In this document: piece after piece, positions 19,081-28,501 of the stretch
Layout of the letters: every line of letters starts with the position of its first letter
Numbering within the stretch: position 1 is the stretch's first letter
Assembly: GCA_965200245.1 (NCBI GenBank)
Contig: CBDATS010000004.1
Coordinates: forward strand, 1,440,001 to 1,504,000
DNA from: a bacterium
GTDB taxonomy: Bacteria; UBA8248
Direction: 5' to 3'
Length of the DNA stretch: 64,000 nucleotides
Made by a program: the position numbers and the translations under genes
Notes under the pieces: model-generated
What the model was told of the DNA's origin: nothing
Database searches by the model: none
Seen by the model: the letters and a program-made list of their open reading frames with translations, nothing else

Positions 19081-19986
19081 TCAGGATTTTCCGGCGATCC
19101 CGTCTTGTCGGGTTTCTCGTTCACCGAACCTGTAGAGAACGCGAGGATTCTCCACCAGTATCTTCCGCCGCATTTGCTCGTCGGGTGCGAATTCCGCGAG
19201 AAGATCCAGCAGGTCACCGTCGTTGGGAATCATGGGTTTCACGTTCGTGTGTGGCCAATCCGTGCCCCATACCACCCGCTCGGGCGCCATGTCTATCAAC
19301 GCGCGCGCCACGGAGACGGCGTCTCGGTAGGGAAACCCGGCCCTGGATATCCGCTCGGCACCGCTCAGTTTCACCCATGTGTTTCCCCTTTCCAGCAAAC
19401 CCAGCAGCAGCCTGAAATCAGGGTGCGACGGTGAGGACTCCGAGGGAACAAGACCCATATGGTCGAATACCACGTCGAGCGGCAATCGTCTTATCTCTGG
19501 TTCCAGTTCAGCCAACTGTGCGGCGTGTATGTGAAACTGCATGTGCCAGCCGAAGTCCTTGATTTTGGCGGCCAGTTCGCCCATCCGATCGATGCCGCTT
19601 TTTCCGCCGGAAGCCGAGTTGATGCGCGCTCCTCTGATGCCGCACCTGGTCAGTTCGTCGAGTCGCTCCTCCGTGACGCCGGCTTCCACCACGCCCACAC
19701 CCACGTAGCCCGGTCCCAGGACGCGGATTGCCTCGATCACCCTTGCGTTGTCCGCGCCGTAAGGACTCGCCTGAACGACGACCCCCCGATCCAGACCCAG
19801 AACGTCGGCCATCTTCCGGTAGTCGCTCTCGAGTACCGGAAAGGGTGTGTAGCGTCTCGGTTCCGTGTAGGGGTATTGCGATTCAGGTCCAAAGATGTGG
19901 AAATGACAATCTGCCGCTCCCGCCGGGGTTTCGAACTTCGGCGGTTTCGTATCCGGGTCGGGCCCGGGGATGGTGGGCCGTGTCAT
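19081..19986 (-). CDS. Amidohydrolase-2 family (2-pyrone-4,6-dicarboxylate lactonase LigI-like)
   Basis: 'DCHFHIFGP', 'VVQASPYGADN', 'FDHMG', 'WVKLSG', 'WGTDWPH'. Confidence 0.88.
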   Translation of the reverse strand: MTRPTIPGPDPDTKPPKFETPAGAADCHFHIFGPESQYPYTEPRRYTPFPVLESDYRKMADVLGLDRGVVVQASPYGADNARVIEAIRVLGPGYVGVGVVEAGVTEERLDELTRCGIRGARINSASGGKSGIDRMGELAAKIKDFGWHMQFHIHAAQLAELEPEIRRLPLDVVFDHMGLVPSESSPSHPDFRLLLGLLERGNTWVKLSGAERISRAGFPYRDAVSVARALIDMAPERVVWGTDWPHTNVKPMIPNDGDLLDLLAEFAPDEQMRRKILVENPRVLYRFGERETRQDGIAGKS

Positions 19987-20028
19987 CGGGCGCGCGTCCT
20001 CGAATCTATCAGGGGAAAGGTAGTGGAG

Positions 20029-20499
20029 CTATTTTCTCTTCTTCTTGCGGTAGGGCCTGTGGCACTGCGTGCAACTCTCCGTCAGTGCGGTGAAGGTCGT
20101 TTGAACGGCAGTTTTGTTCCTTGCCTCGGCCGCCCGGACCAAGTCTCTCGCGATTTTCGCCGAATCTCTCGCGATTTTCGAATAATCATCGAACCGGTTC
20201 CAGACTTCCGCCTTGATCCGCGTCTTGCCGAAGGCGCTGCCCTTGGGGCTCAGGTAAGGAATCGCCGCCGAGAGCAGCGCGATTTCCTCCGCCGCCGATG
20301 CGACGCGCTTGTAGTTCGCCTTTTTCGAATAGAGTTTGACACGGCGCATCGCGCGGCTGATGGTCTTCATCGTCCGCACACGCACCCTTTGTACCCCGCG
20401 CAGAGCCTGCTCTTCCCCGCTGGCCGAGAATGAAGGAAGAAAGAACATCGCCACCAGCACAGTGCAACCCAGTACGCATACCCGTTTCGAGGCTCGCAT
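20029..20499 (-). CDS. Cytochrome c' (class II cytochrome c)
   Basis: Signal peptide, helical body, 'KAEVWNRFDD', and C-terminal CxxCH 'SCTQCHRPYR'. Confidence 0.88.
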   Translation of the reverse strand: MRASKRVCVLGCTVLVAMFFLPSFSASGEEQALRGVQRVRVRTMKTISRAMRRVKLYSKKANYKRVASAAEEIALLSAAIPYLSPKGSAFGKTRIKAEVWNRFDDYSKIARDSAKIARDLVRAAEARNKTAVQTTFTALTESCTQCHRPYRKKKRK

Positions 20500-20715
20500 A
20501 CCCACTCCCTGTCGACGATTCGTGACGTCTTTTCCCGATAGCATTCCCCATATTAGGAATACGGGGCAGAAACTGTCAATCAAGCGGGCATGTTCGGGGA
20601 AAATCGATGCGAAAGAACAGACACATACAAACAGTAGGAACAGGCCTCGACCTGATCCTCTATCGGCGCCGCCTGCCATTTCTTCGAGCCGCGTAGAAAG
20701 TGCCGTTTTTGGGTT

Positions 20716-21036
20716 CTACCCGCTTTCCGATTCCCTGAGAGAGACCCGGGGTTCACGCCAAGGGCGGCTCCCGGTTTCCGGTGCTCGTTCGCCAGGTCTT
20801 CGCTTTCGATGAGACGGGAAGACCGCGCAGGGCATTGATAGGCTGCACGGGGCGGAGGGGTTGAAACCCGTATCCGTGACCATACGCGCATCGGGGTCGA
20901 GGCCGCTCCCCGGGAAGCCGTCCTGCATCTGCTTCCGGAGCATTACCGTTCCACCCGGGTCCACACTCCATGCCGGGTCGATATTCGTCCAGAACCCGTG
21001 TCTGGATCGACGCGAATCAAGCCACTCACGGCTCAA
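20716..21036 (-). pseudogene. Possible acetamidase/formamidase N-terminal remnant
   Basis: 'HGFWTNIDPAWSVDPGGTVML...QDG' loosely resembles the family's 'H..W...PP...V.PGDTV..ET.D' start; nothing follows it. Confidence 0.3.
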
Positions 21037-21180
21037 TCCCTGTAGTCGCTATTGCTGTGGGAGACGAGAGCCCGTGTGGAAACTTCCACCGTCAAACCCT
21101 GTGCGACGGGAATGTTCGATGACACGTGCATTTGCCCGTGACGGCCCGAAATTGCACGGGCCCTTCCGGGCGGCGTCTGT

Positions 21181-22032
21181 TCACCGAACCTGAGGTGCGG
21201 GCTTCGGTTTGGCGAGTAGATATGTCGGCGCGGCGCGGCCCTTTATCTCCGCCCCGTCCCGCACCCAAAGCTGGGAACTCGATCCGCCGTCCAGGTTCAT
21301 GGCGACCCGGACGCCCAGGCCGCCCCTCGATTCCGGCAGGATGAGAAACTCCTGAAGCTCGCACCAGGAGATGCCGCGCGTATCACCCTCGCTCACCAGA
21401 ACGACAAGCCGATCCTCCGTGTCCAGTCCGACCACCGTTCTCCTCGTGGCGCGCAGAAATTCCCGGTAGCGCGTCAGCCCCGGAACGGGCCGCCCGTCCT
21501 TCACGAGCAAGGGCCCGGCCTGAAAGGCTTCCTTTACAACTGAATCATCGAATTCCTCGCGGGAGACGATTCTCGGTCTCCCTTTCTTCCCCACAGAGAA
21601 GAGGGCTCCGTAATGCAGGAATGTCCTGCGTCCCCGGTGCAGCACAACGCTGTTGAACACCTTTCCACCTGAGCGGAAATATCCCATGGGGCGGCCTTTT
21701 TCATCATAATAGCTTGCGTTCAAAATCACCGCGGCACCCAGATTTTCACCGAGAACCTTTAGATCGACGGACGAGAACCACTCCGATTTGTCGCGCCAGT
21801 GAAGCCGGATTTCAAAGTCTTGATGCCGCAGTCGAACAGCCTTCATCCGCGCGGTCGCGCCATCGTCGAACCGGATGCGGACATCGCGTGTTTCGACGAA
21901 AGGGGATTGCCGCCGAAACCAGCGGCCTTCTCCCACGGGTTGGCCCTTGAGGGGACAATCGGACGCAGAAACCGCAGGTGGAATGACCAGGAAAGGACCT
22001 GCAATGAGTATCAGAAAAAGCAAACGCTTCAT
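21181..22032 (-). CDS. Phosphodiester glycosidase (NAGPA/DUF2233) family exported protein
   Basis: Signal peptide; 'NASYY', 'QAGPLLV', 'RRTVVG', 'AMNLDGGSSSQL'. Confidence 0.85.
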   Translation of the reverse strand: MKRLLFLILIAGPFLVIPPAVSASDCPLKGQPVGEGRWFRRQSPFVETRDVRIRFDDGATARMKAVRLRHQDFEIRLHWRDKSEWFSSVDLKVLGENLGAAVILNASYYDEKGRPMGYFRSGGKVFNSVVLHRGRRTFLHYGALFSVGKKGRPRIVSREEFDDSVVKEAFQAGPLLVKDGRPVPGLTRYREFLRATRRTVVGLDTEDRLVVLVSEGDTRGISWCELQEFLILPESRGGLGVRVAMNLDGGSSSQLWVRDGAEIKGRAAPTYLLAKPKPAPQVR

Positions 22033-22086
22033 GTCGATACACCTCTCGCCGCCGAGGATCTCATCTCGAATCAAGGTCCGCAGCGA

Positions 22087-23694
22087 CTAGAAACCAGCCG
22101 CGCAGCCATCTCTGCGATGATCGGAACCACCCATGAATACTCCGTCATCGAGCCGCACGATTCCCTGCCCTCCACCGAAACCCTCATAACCGCCTGCACG
22201 GCGGACATCATGGCCTCGCGACTCCAGCTCCCGCAGCACGTCTTCCGGCACACCGTTCTCTATTGCCACCGCACGATCACCCAAAGCGCGAAAACGGGGC
22301 GCCTCGATGGCTTCCTGGACGTCCATGCCGAAATCCACCATGTTCGAGAGAACCTGTACGTGGCCCTGCGGCTGCATGTCGCCTCCCATGACGCCGAAAC
22401 TCATCCAGGGTTCCCCGTTCTTCATTACAAAGCCGGGAATGATGGTGTGCAGGGGACGCTTCCCGGGCGCGAGGCAGTTCGGGTGGTCTTCCTCGAGCAC
22501 GAATCCGCTGCCCCTGTTCTGGAGCATGATGCCTGTCTCTCCCCCGGTGATCCCCGAACCGAAATGATGGAACAGACTGTTGATGAACGAGCACATGTTG
22601 CCCCGTGAATCCGCCACGGTGAGGTAAATCGTGTCATTCCAGCCCGGGGGGATTCCCGGTCCTGGATTTCCTGCTTTCGCTTCATCGATGAGTTTTCGCC
22701 GTTCATCGGCATATTCCGGGGAAAGCAGCCCCTCCAGGGGAACATCCGCCTTGGCCATATCCGCAACGTAGCGATCTCTGTCCGCAAAGGCGAGCTTCAT
22801 CGCCTCAATCACGATGTGGAGATGATCGGCCGAACCGTAGCTCATCTCTCCCAGGGGATATGCGTCGATGAGATTCAGACAGACCAGCGCCGTGACCCCC
22901 TGCCCCGAGGGTGGTATCTCGCAGAGCTCATGGCTTCGATATTTCGCACGAATCGGTTCCACCCATTCGGATTTCGTGGCGGCGAAATCCTCTGGTTCGA
23001 ACAAACCCCCGATTTCCTTGGTGTAGCGAACGATCTCCTCGGCAATCGGGCCTTCGTAGAAAGCCTCACGTCCGCCATCGGCTATCTTCCGCAGGGATTC
23101 TCCCAGTTTCGGATTCCGGAATCTCTCTCCAATCCCGGGGGGACGCCCGCACGGCAGATAGAATCGATTCGAATATGCGCATTTCTTCAGTTTTTCCGTC
23201 TGATTCGCCCAGGCACGGCCGATGATGGGAGAAAGAGGAAACCCGGCTTCCGCGTATTGAATCGCCGGGCGAAGAAGTTCAGACATTTTCTTCTTGCCGC
23301 TGCCGCATCGCTCATGGGCGGTGAACCAGCCATCCACCGCCCCGGGAAGAGTGCATGAAAGAATTCCCGTCTCCGGCATGGAGGAAAATTCCCGGTAACG
23401 AGAGAGATTCGCCTTCGCCGGACTCTTTCCGCTGCCGTTCAACCCCAGGAGTTCCTTCGAATCGGCGTCCCAATACAGCATGAACATGTCCCCGCCGATA
23501 CCCGTGGATTGCGGTTCCACCACGTTCAGCGCCGCTGCCGTTGCGATTGCCGCGTCCATGGCGTTTCCGCCCTCTCTGAGGATTTGGAGGCCTGCCTCGG
23601 CGGCCAGGGGCTGGCTGGTGGCTACCAGGCCGCCCCTGGCGAATACGGGAGAGCGCCCTGCGGTCAACGATGTCCTTGTGGTCGGCTCTTTCAA
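22087..23694 (-). CDS. ggt: Gamma-glutamyltransferase family protein
   Basis: 'GGNAMDAAIA', 'GIGGD', nucleophile 'DTIYL', 'LQNRG', 'PGKRPLHTIIP', 'GVMGGDMQPQGH'. Confidence 0.93.
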   Translation of the reverse strand: MKEPTTRTSLTAGRSPVFARGGLVATSQPLAAEAGLQILREGGNAMDAAIATAAALNVVEPQSTGIGGDMFMLYWDADSKELLGLNGSGKSPAKANLSRYREFSSMPETGILSCTLPGAVDGWFTAHERCGSGKKKMSELLRPAIQYAEAGFPLSPIIGRAWANQTEKLKKCAYSNRFYLPCGRPPGIGERFRNPKLGESLRKIADGGREAFYEGPIAEEIVRYTKEIGGLFEPEDFAATKSEWVEPIRAKYRSHELCEIPPSGQGVTALVCLNLIDAYPLGEMSYGSADHLHIVIEAMKLAFADRDRYVADMAKADVPLEGLLSPEYADERRKLIDEAKAGNPGPGIPPGWNDTIYLTVADSRGNMCSFINSLFHHFGSGITGGETGIMLQNRGSGFVLEEDHPNCLAPGKRPLHTIIPGFVMKNGEPWMSFGVMGGDMQPQGHVQVLSNMVDFGMDVQEAIEAPRFRALGDRAVAIENGVPEDVLRELESRGHDVRRAGGYEGFGGGQGIVRLDDGVFMGGSDHRRDGCAAGF

Positions 23695-23721
23695 AATCCA
23701 CTCCTTGGCGTGATGCAGTTT

Positions 23722-24795
23722 CTAGATTCGTGCGTCCTGGAATGACGACTGTTCATTGTTCCGGAGAAAAACCCTTTCGCAAGCTTCCTCACCGCCGCAG
23801 GAGGCCGTGGCGTCCGGCCCTACGACACATCGTTTCAATACGGAATTCCCGTCTATCTTCCCGCCCGGAAAGATGATGGATTCTTGTACCACGGCGTCAT
23901 CCCCAAGAGTAGCACCCGCCATGATTGCAGTGAAGGGGCCCGCTTTCGCATTCTTCCGGATAACGACATCGGGGCCTATCAATACCGGGGGTTCGATGCT
24001 TCCCTCTCCCCACTTCATGGAGGGGCCTTGCATGAATACATACTCTCTTGTCGGCCAACCGAAATCCGGTACGAATTTGCCGAGAATGAGGTCCGTGTTC
24101 GCCTGCAAATACCGGGACGGGGTGCCTGCGTCCGTCCAGTAGGAATCACTCGGAACCGCTCCAATCCGGAACCCTTTTTTCATCAACTCAGGATAAATCT
24201 GTGTTGATATGTCCGACACCGCTCCGGCAGGAATATGGCTCAACATTTCAGGAGACATGACGCTCAGGCCTGTGAACATCGCCTGGCTCAACTTGCCTTG
24301 AGGACTCCCCGGTGCGCTCGCGTCCAAAAACTTTCGCAAACGCCCCGACTCGTCGTACTCAAGCACACCGTATTTTTTGGCCTCGGGCGAACACCGGAGT
24401 ATGAGGGTGGCGAGAAAATTTCCCTGTTGGTGATGATCTGATGCCAACCTTAAATCCACGCCACACGGCGCATCCGCGTTGATGACGAAAAAAGGCTCGT
24501 TCTTCTCACACAGGAACGCCTCTGCATTCTTGATTCCACCGGCAGTGCCCAGAATCTCCGGTTCATGAAAATAATGAATATGGACACCATGCGCAGAATT
24601 GCCCAGAAAAGAGCGAATCTTCTCCGCGCCATGGTGCAGATTGACTGCGACCTCTTTCACACCGGCAGCAGCCAGTTTCTCCAGTGCAAAGCCGATAAGC
24701 GGTACTCCGCCCAGGGGCAAAAGCGGTTTGGGAATCTCTTCTCCCAGTGCTCCCAACCTTTTCCCGTAACCGGCGGCCATCACGAACGCTCGCAT
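23722..24795 (-). CDS. NDP-sugar pyrophosphorylase family nucleotidyltransferase with C-terminal hexapeptide repeats
   Basis: 'MRAFVMAAGYGKRL...PKPLLP', 'EPEILGTAGG', 'WTDAGTP'. Confidence 0.88.
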   Translation of the reverse strand: MRAFVMAAGYGKRLGALGEEIPKPLLPLGGVPLIGFALEKLAAAGVKEVAVNLHHGAEKIRSFLGNSAHGVHIHYFHEPEILGTAGGIKNAEAFLCEKNEPFFVINADAPCGVDLRLASDHHQQGNFLATLILRCSPEAKKYGVLEYDESGRLRKFLDASAPGSPQGKLSQAMFTGLSVMSPEMLSHIPAGAVSDISTQIYPELMKKGFRIGAVPSDSYWTDAGTPSRYLQANTDLILGKFVPDFGWPTREYVFMQGPSMKWGEGSIEPPVLIGPDVVIRKNAKAGPFTAIMAGATLGDDAVVQESIIFPGGKIDGNSVLKRCVVGPDATASCGGEEACERVFLRNNEQSSFQDARI

Positions 24796-24830
24796 TGCAC
24801 GTTCCTCTTGTTTACCTTGAGTGCAAAGCA

Positions 24831-24857
24831 AAACCGGGCATCGGATATGCCCGGTTT
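24831..24857 (-). terminator. Hairpin downstream of the Mo-subunit gene, probable intrinsic terminator
   Basis: AAACCGGGCAT-cggat-ATGCCCGGTTT, a perfect 11-bp stem. Confidence 0.55.
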
Positions 24858-24877
24858 GTCTGATGTTTCCCTTATCG

Positions 24878-27208
24878 CTAGCTAGCTTCGGCATTTTCCC
24901 TGTGAATGGCCATGGCGACACTCTCCGGCGTGATCGGCAGCTTGGTAAATCGATGACCGATGGCATCTCGCACGGCATTCGAAATCGCGGCCAGGGTGGG
25001 TACCAATGAACTCTCTCCCACGCCCTTGGCGCCGTAAGGGCCGGTTGCATTGGCCTCTTCGACGATGATGGTGGTGAATTCGGGTGTGTCCATCGACACG
25101 GGAATCTCGTACCGCGCGAAATCCGGTGTGAGCACGCGGCCGTCATGCACGTCGATTTCCTCGATCAGGGCTTGCCCCAGCCCCATCTCGATGCCCCCCT
25201 GGATCTGCCCGATCACTCCTTGCGGGTTGATGGCCCGCCCCACGTCGTGTGCGGCGACCATACGCTGCACCCAGACTTCTCCCGTATCCGGATCGACCGC
25301 TATGTCCGCCACCTGTACGCCATAGCTGTACACCATGAACGGCCTGCCCTCTCCGGTTTCGGGGTTAAACGTCAAGGGACCGGTGCTGAACCAGCCCTGG
25401 CCCGTAATCTGTTCGCCGACCAACAGTGCCTGTGAGACCACCTCGCCAAACGAAATGGAACGCTCGGGCGCGCTTTTGATAAAGACCCGTCCACTCTTGA
25501 AGGCCACATCCTCGACTGGTCCTTCGAGCATCTCCGCTGCCACCGGGGTCAGGATTCCCCGAACCTCCGCGATGGCTTCGCATATCGCATTGCCGGGAAT
25601 GGTGGTGGAACGCGACCCCGCCGTAAAACCACTTTCCGGCACGGCATCCGTATCCACCTGCATGATCCGCACGTCCTCAAAACGAACGCCCATTGCTTCG
25701 GCCGCAATCTGGGCGAGCACCGTGTGCGAACCCTGCCCGAGTTCGATGATGCCGACGCCAACCTGTACCTTCCCGTCATCGGTTACATGAACCTGCGCGC
25801 CGCAGGAGTCCGAAGGCGATGCGGCACCCGTGGAATACCAGAACCCCGCCATGCCCCGGCCATACAGCAGGCCATTGCCGTTTGCGGTTTCCCGCGGATG
25901 CGGGCCGAGCGCCTTTTCCGCTTCGTCAAGACAATCCATATATCCAACGCTCTGATCCAGCACCTGGCGGGTTGCAGTGGAAGAGCCGACCTTGTAGCCG
26001 TTGAATCGTCTCAACTCGAAAGGATCCATTCCGAGTGAAAGCGCCAGTTCGTCCATCTGACTTTCAATCGCGAAGTGCACCTGGGGAACGCCCAGACCAC
26101 GCATGGCGCAAGTGTTGATGTTGTTCGTAAGCACGAGGTAACCATCGGCCCAGACGTTGTCGCATTCATAGGCGCCGGAGGAATGGATGATAAGCTTTTT
26201 GATGATACCGGGTCCTACTGCGGCGTACGGGCCCTTGTTGAGATAAATCTCGATGCGCATGGCTGTGATTTTGCCATCTTTCCTGGCACCGACCTTGTGC
26301 CGGATCACCGCGGGCACTCTTTTCGCCTTGCTGCCCAGGGATTCTTCCCTCGTGTAGTTATAGATTGCGGGACGGCGCGTTTTGAGCGCGACCAGACCCG
26401 CCCGCATGGCGATTTCGATGGAGGTTTCCTCTTTTCCGCCAAATCCACCGCCCGGTGGAGTAGAGATGAACTGTATCTCGTTCTGGCCCAATCCCAGCAC
26501 CGGAGCAATAACGCGCCTCACCATATGCGGGCACTGGGTTGGTCCGGTGCAGGTGATGGAACCATCGGGATTGGGGACCACATAACCCGCATCGGGTTCG
26601 AGGTAAGCGTGATCGATGAACTGCGTCTCGTAGGTATTTTCGAGTACCACGTCCGCTTCGGCGAAACCTTTTTCAATATCCCCCTTGCGGATCTTCAAGT
26701 GGGTGAGCACATTTCCCTTGGCCACCGGATGATCCGGCTGAACAATCGGGGCGTCATCCTTCAGGGCGTCCTGTGTTTCAAAAACAGCCGGGAGCGCCTT
26801 TGTTTTCATTTTCACCAATCCCGCCGCGAATTCCGCCTGTTCCAGCGTGTCCGCCGCCACGACGGCCACGACATCTTGAAGCGAATAGATGCGTTTTTCT
26901 ACCAAAGCCGGCTGATCGGGGATCAACATGCCGTAGAGTTTCTGGCCGGGAATGTCCTTGGCGGTCAGTACACAGGCGACGCCCGGCGCCATTTCCGCCT
27001 CGGTCGTATCGACCTGCTCAAGTGTTCCGCAAGGAATGGGAGCTGTCACCGGAACTACGTGCAGCGGATTGAACAGTTTGTGGTCCGCAGCGAATACGGG
27101 CGAGCCATCCGCCTTGGGAGGACCATCCACCCTTGGCATGTCGGCGCCGATGAGATCCCCGTCATCATCAGGTCCGCCGAACATCTCTTGATAAAAACGC
27201 TCTGACAT
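24878..27208 (-). CDS. Xanthine dehydrogenase family molybdopterin-binding large subunit
   Basis: 'HAYLEP', 'GGGFGGK', 'AMRGLGVPQ', 'LGQGSHT', 'HDVGRAINP..GQIQGG', 'GAKGVGE'. Confidence 0.93.
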   Translation of the reverse strand: MSERFYQEMFGGPDDDGDLIGADMPRVDGPPKADGSPVFAADHKLFNPLHVVPVTAPIPCGTLEQVDTTEAEMAPGVACVLTAKDIPGQKLYGMLIPDQPALVEKRIYSLQDVVAVVAADTLEQAEFAAGLVKMKTKALPAVFETQDALKDDAPIVQPDHPVAKGNVLTHLKIRKGDIEKGFAEADVVLENTYETQFIDHAYLEPDAGYVVPNPDGSITCTGPTQCPHMVRRVIAPVLGLGQNEIQFISTPPGGGFGGKEETSIEIAMRAGLVALKTRRPAIYNYTREESLGSKAKRVPAVIRHKVGARKDGKITAMRIEIYLNKGPYAAVGPGIIKKLIIHSSGAYECDNVWADGYLVLTNNINTCAMRGLGVPQVHFAIESQMDELALSLGMDPFELRRFNGYKVGSSTATRQVLDQSVGYMDCLDEAEKALGPHPRETANGNGLLYGRGMAGFWYSTGAASPSDSCGAQVHVTDDGKVQVGVGIIELGQGSHTVLAQIAAEAMGVRFEDVRIMQVDTDAVPESGFTAGSRSTTIPGNAICEAIAEVRGILTPVAAEMLEGPVEDVAFKSGRVFIKSAPERSISFGEVVSQALLVGEQITGQGWFSTGPLTFNPETGEGRPFMVYSYGVQVADIAVDPDTGEVWVQRMVAAHDVGRAINPQGVIGQIQGGIEMGLGQALIEEIDVHDGRVLTPDFARYEIPVSMDTPEFTTIIVEEANATGPYGAKGVGESSLVPTLAAISNAVRDAIGHRFTKLPITPESVAMAIHRENAEAS

Positions 27209-27291
27209 TACAAACCTCCGCTCATGGAAAACATGTTTTTCGATATGATGGAGTCGACTTGCATCATTGCAAGGAAACAGAAAGCGACTGC

Positions 27292-28209
27292 CTATTCTGA
27301 CTCCGGGCCGCCGGGTTTCCTCCGGAACAGGCGTTCTATTTCATCAGCCACCTCGGCGCCGGGAGGCAACTTTTCCTCATCTTCCTCGATGTCTCCATCG
27401 AACACATCTTCAAAATCAAGGCCCGGGATATGATTGGGAATCTGGCCTTTTTGAATATCCTCCACATATTTTGCGATGCGGGGATCTTTGGCGATGATTT
27501 GTTCAACCTGCCCTTCGAACACCTTGATGGAGACGTCGAAATCCTCTAGGGAAATCTCGAAGCCACCCAGGACGCTCAATCTATCCAACAGTGCGCGCGT
27601 AGCTTTCGGGTTGGAGAGAGATGCGATGTAGTGGGGCACATTCACCCACAAGCTGACTGCTGGATAACCCTCATCCTGCATGAGCGTTTGGATGACCCCC
27701 ACAATGCCCGTAGGGCCTTCGTAGCGGGAAACCTCCACGCCCGAGGGTTCTATCAACGACGGATCGGTTGCGATGGCCATCAAATGGCTGGGTTGGGTAT
27801 GCAAGTCTCCTGCGAGCAGCGCCCCCATCGTCACAATCATCCGCGCACTGAATCGGTTGCCTATTGCAAGGATGTCGCGGCTGAAGCGTTTCCATTTCAG
27901 ATGGGGTTCGGTGCCAATCCCGATAATGAGATCCCGCGAAAGACCCGGCGTTCGGCAATAGAAAAATTCGTTCGACGGCCAGGTAATCTGCCTTTCGCCG
28001 GATTCACTGAGCTTGACGGTTGGCCTCTGATCTGCAAACTGGAAAAAATCATCCGGCTGTATTTGCGCCACACGTTTTCCCTCGAAGCGTTGAACCAGAA
28101 AACGTGCCGCCTCCGTCGCGGATTCCGCAGCATCGTTCCATCCGGAAAACGCCATGATCAGCAAAGGACCGTTGGCGTCCTCCACTTTGTGGAAAAACGT
28201 AACGCTCAT
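27292..28209 (-). CDS. PAC2 (proteasome assembly chaperone-like) family protein
   Basis: 'AFSGWNDAAESA', 'EPHLKW', 'YEGPTGIVG', 'SLWVNVPHY...NPKA', and C-terminal 'EVADEIERL'. Confidence 0.88.
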   Translation of the reverse strand: MSVTFFHKVEDANGPLLIMAFSGWNDAAESATEAARFLVQRFEGKRVAQIQPDDFFQFADQRPTVKLSESGERQITWPSNEFFYCRTPGLSRDLIIGIGTEPHLKWKRFSRDILAIGNRFSARMIVTMGALLAGDLHTQPSHLMAIATDPSLIEPSGVEVSRYEGPTGIVGVIQTLMQDEGYPAVSLWVNVPHYIASLSNPKATRALLDRLSVLGGFEISLEDFDVSIKVFEGQVEQIIAKDPRIAKYVEDIQKGQIPNHIPGLDFEDVFDGDIEEDEEKLPPGAEVADEIERLFRRKPGGPESE

Positions 28210-28501
28210 GTTCCACACCTCCCTCCTGGCATCGTATTTCCGGAATTTTCCATATTCAACAGGTAGAACCTGTCACCTCTACAACGATGTTCAGAGTAAT
28301 TTTCCTTCCCTGTTCCTTGTTTTTCCCGTCAGCTCTTTCTTGGTTTGTGGAAAAACGTAACGCTCATGTTCCACACCTCCCTCCTGGCATCGTATTTCCG
28401 GAATTTTCCATATTCAACAGGTAGAACCTGTCACCTCTGCAACGATGTTCAGAGTAATTTTCCTTCCCTGTTCCTTGTTTTTCCCGTCAGCTCTTTCTTG
28501 G
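28186..28501. repeat. 158-bp tandem duplication
   Basis: 28186-28343 equals 28344-28501 except A28281/G28439. Confidence 0.95.
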
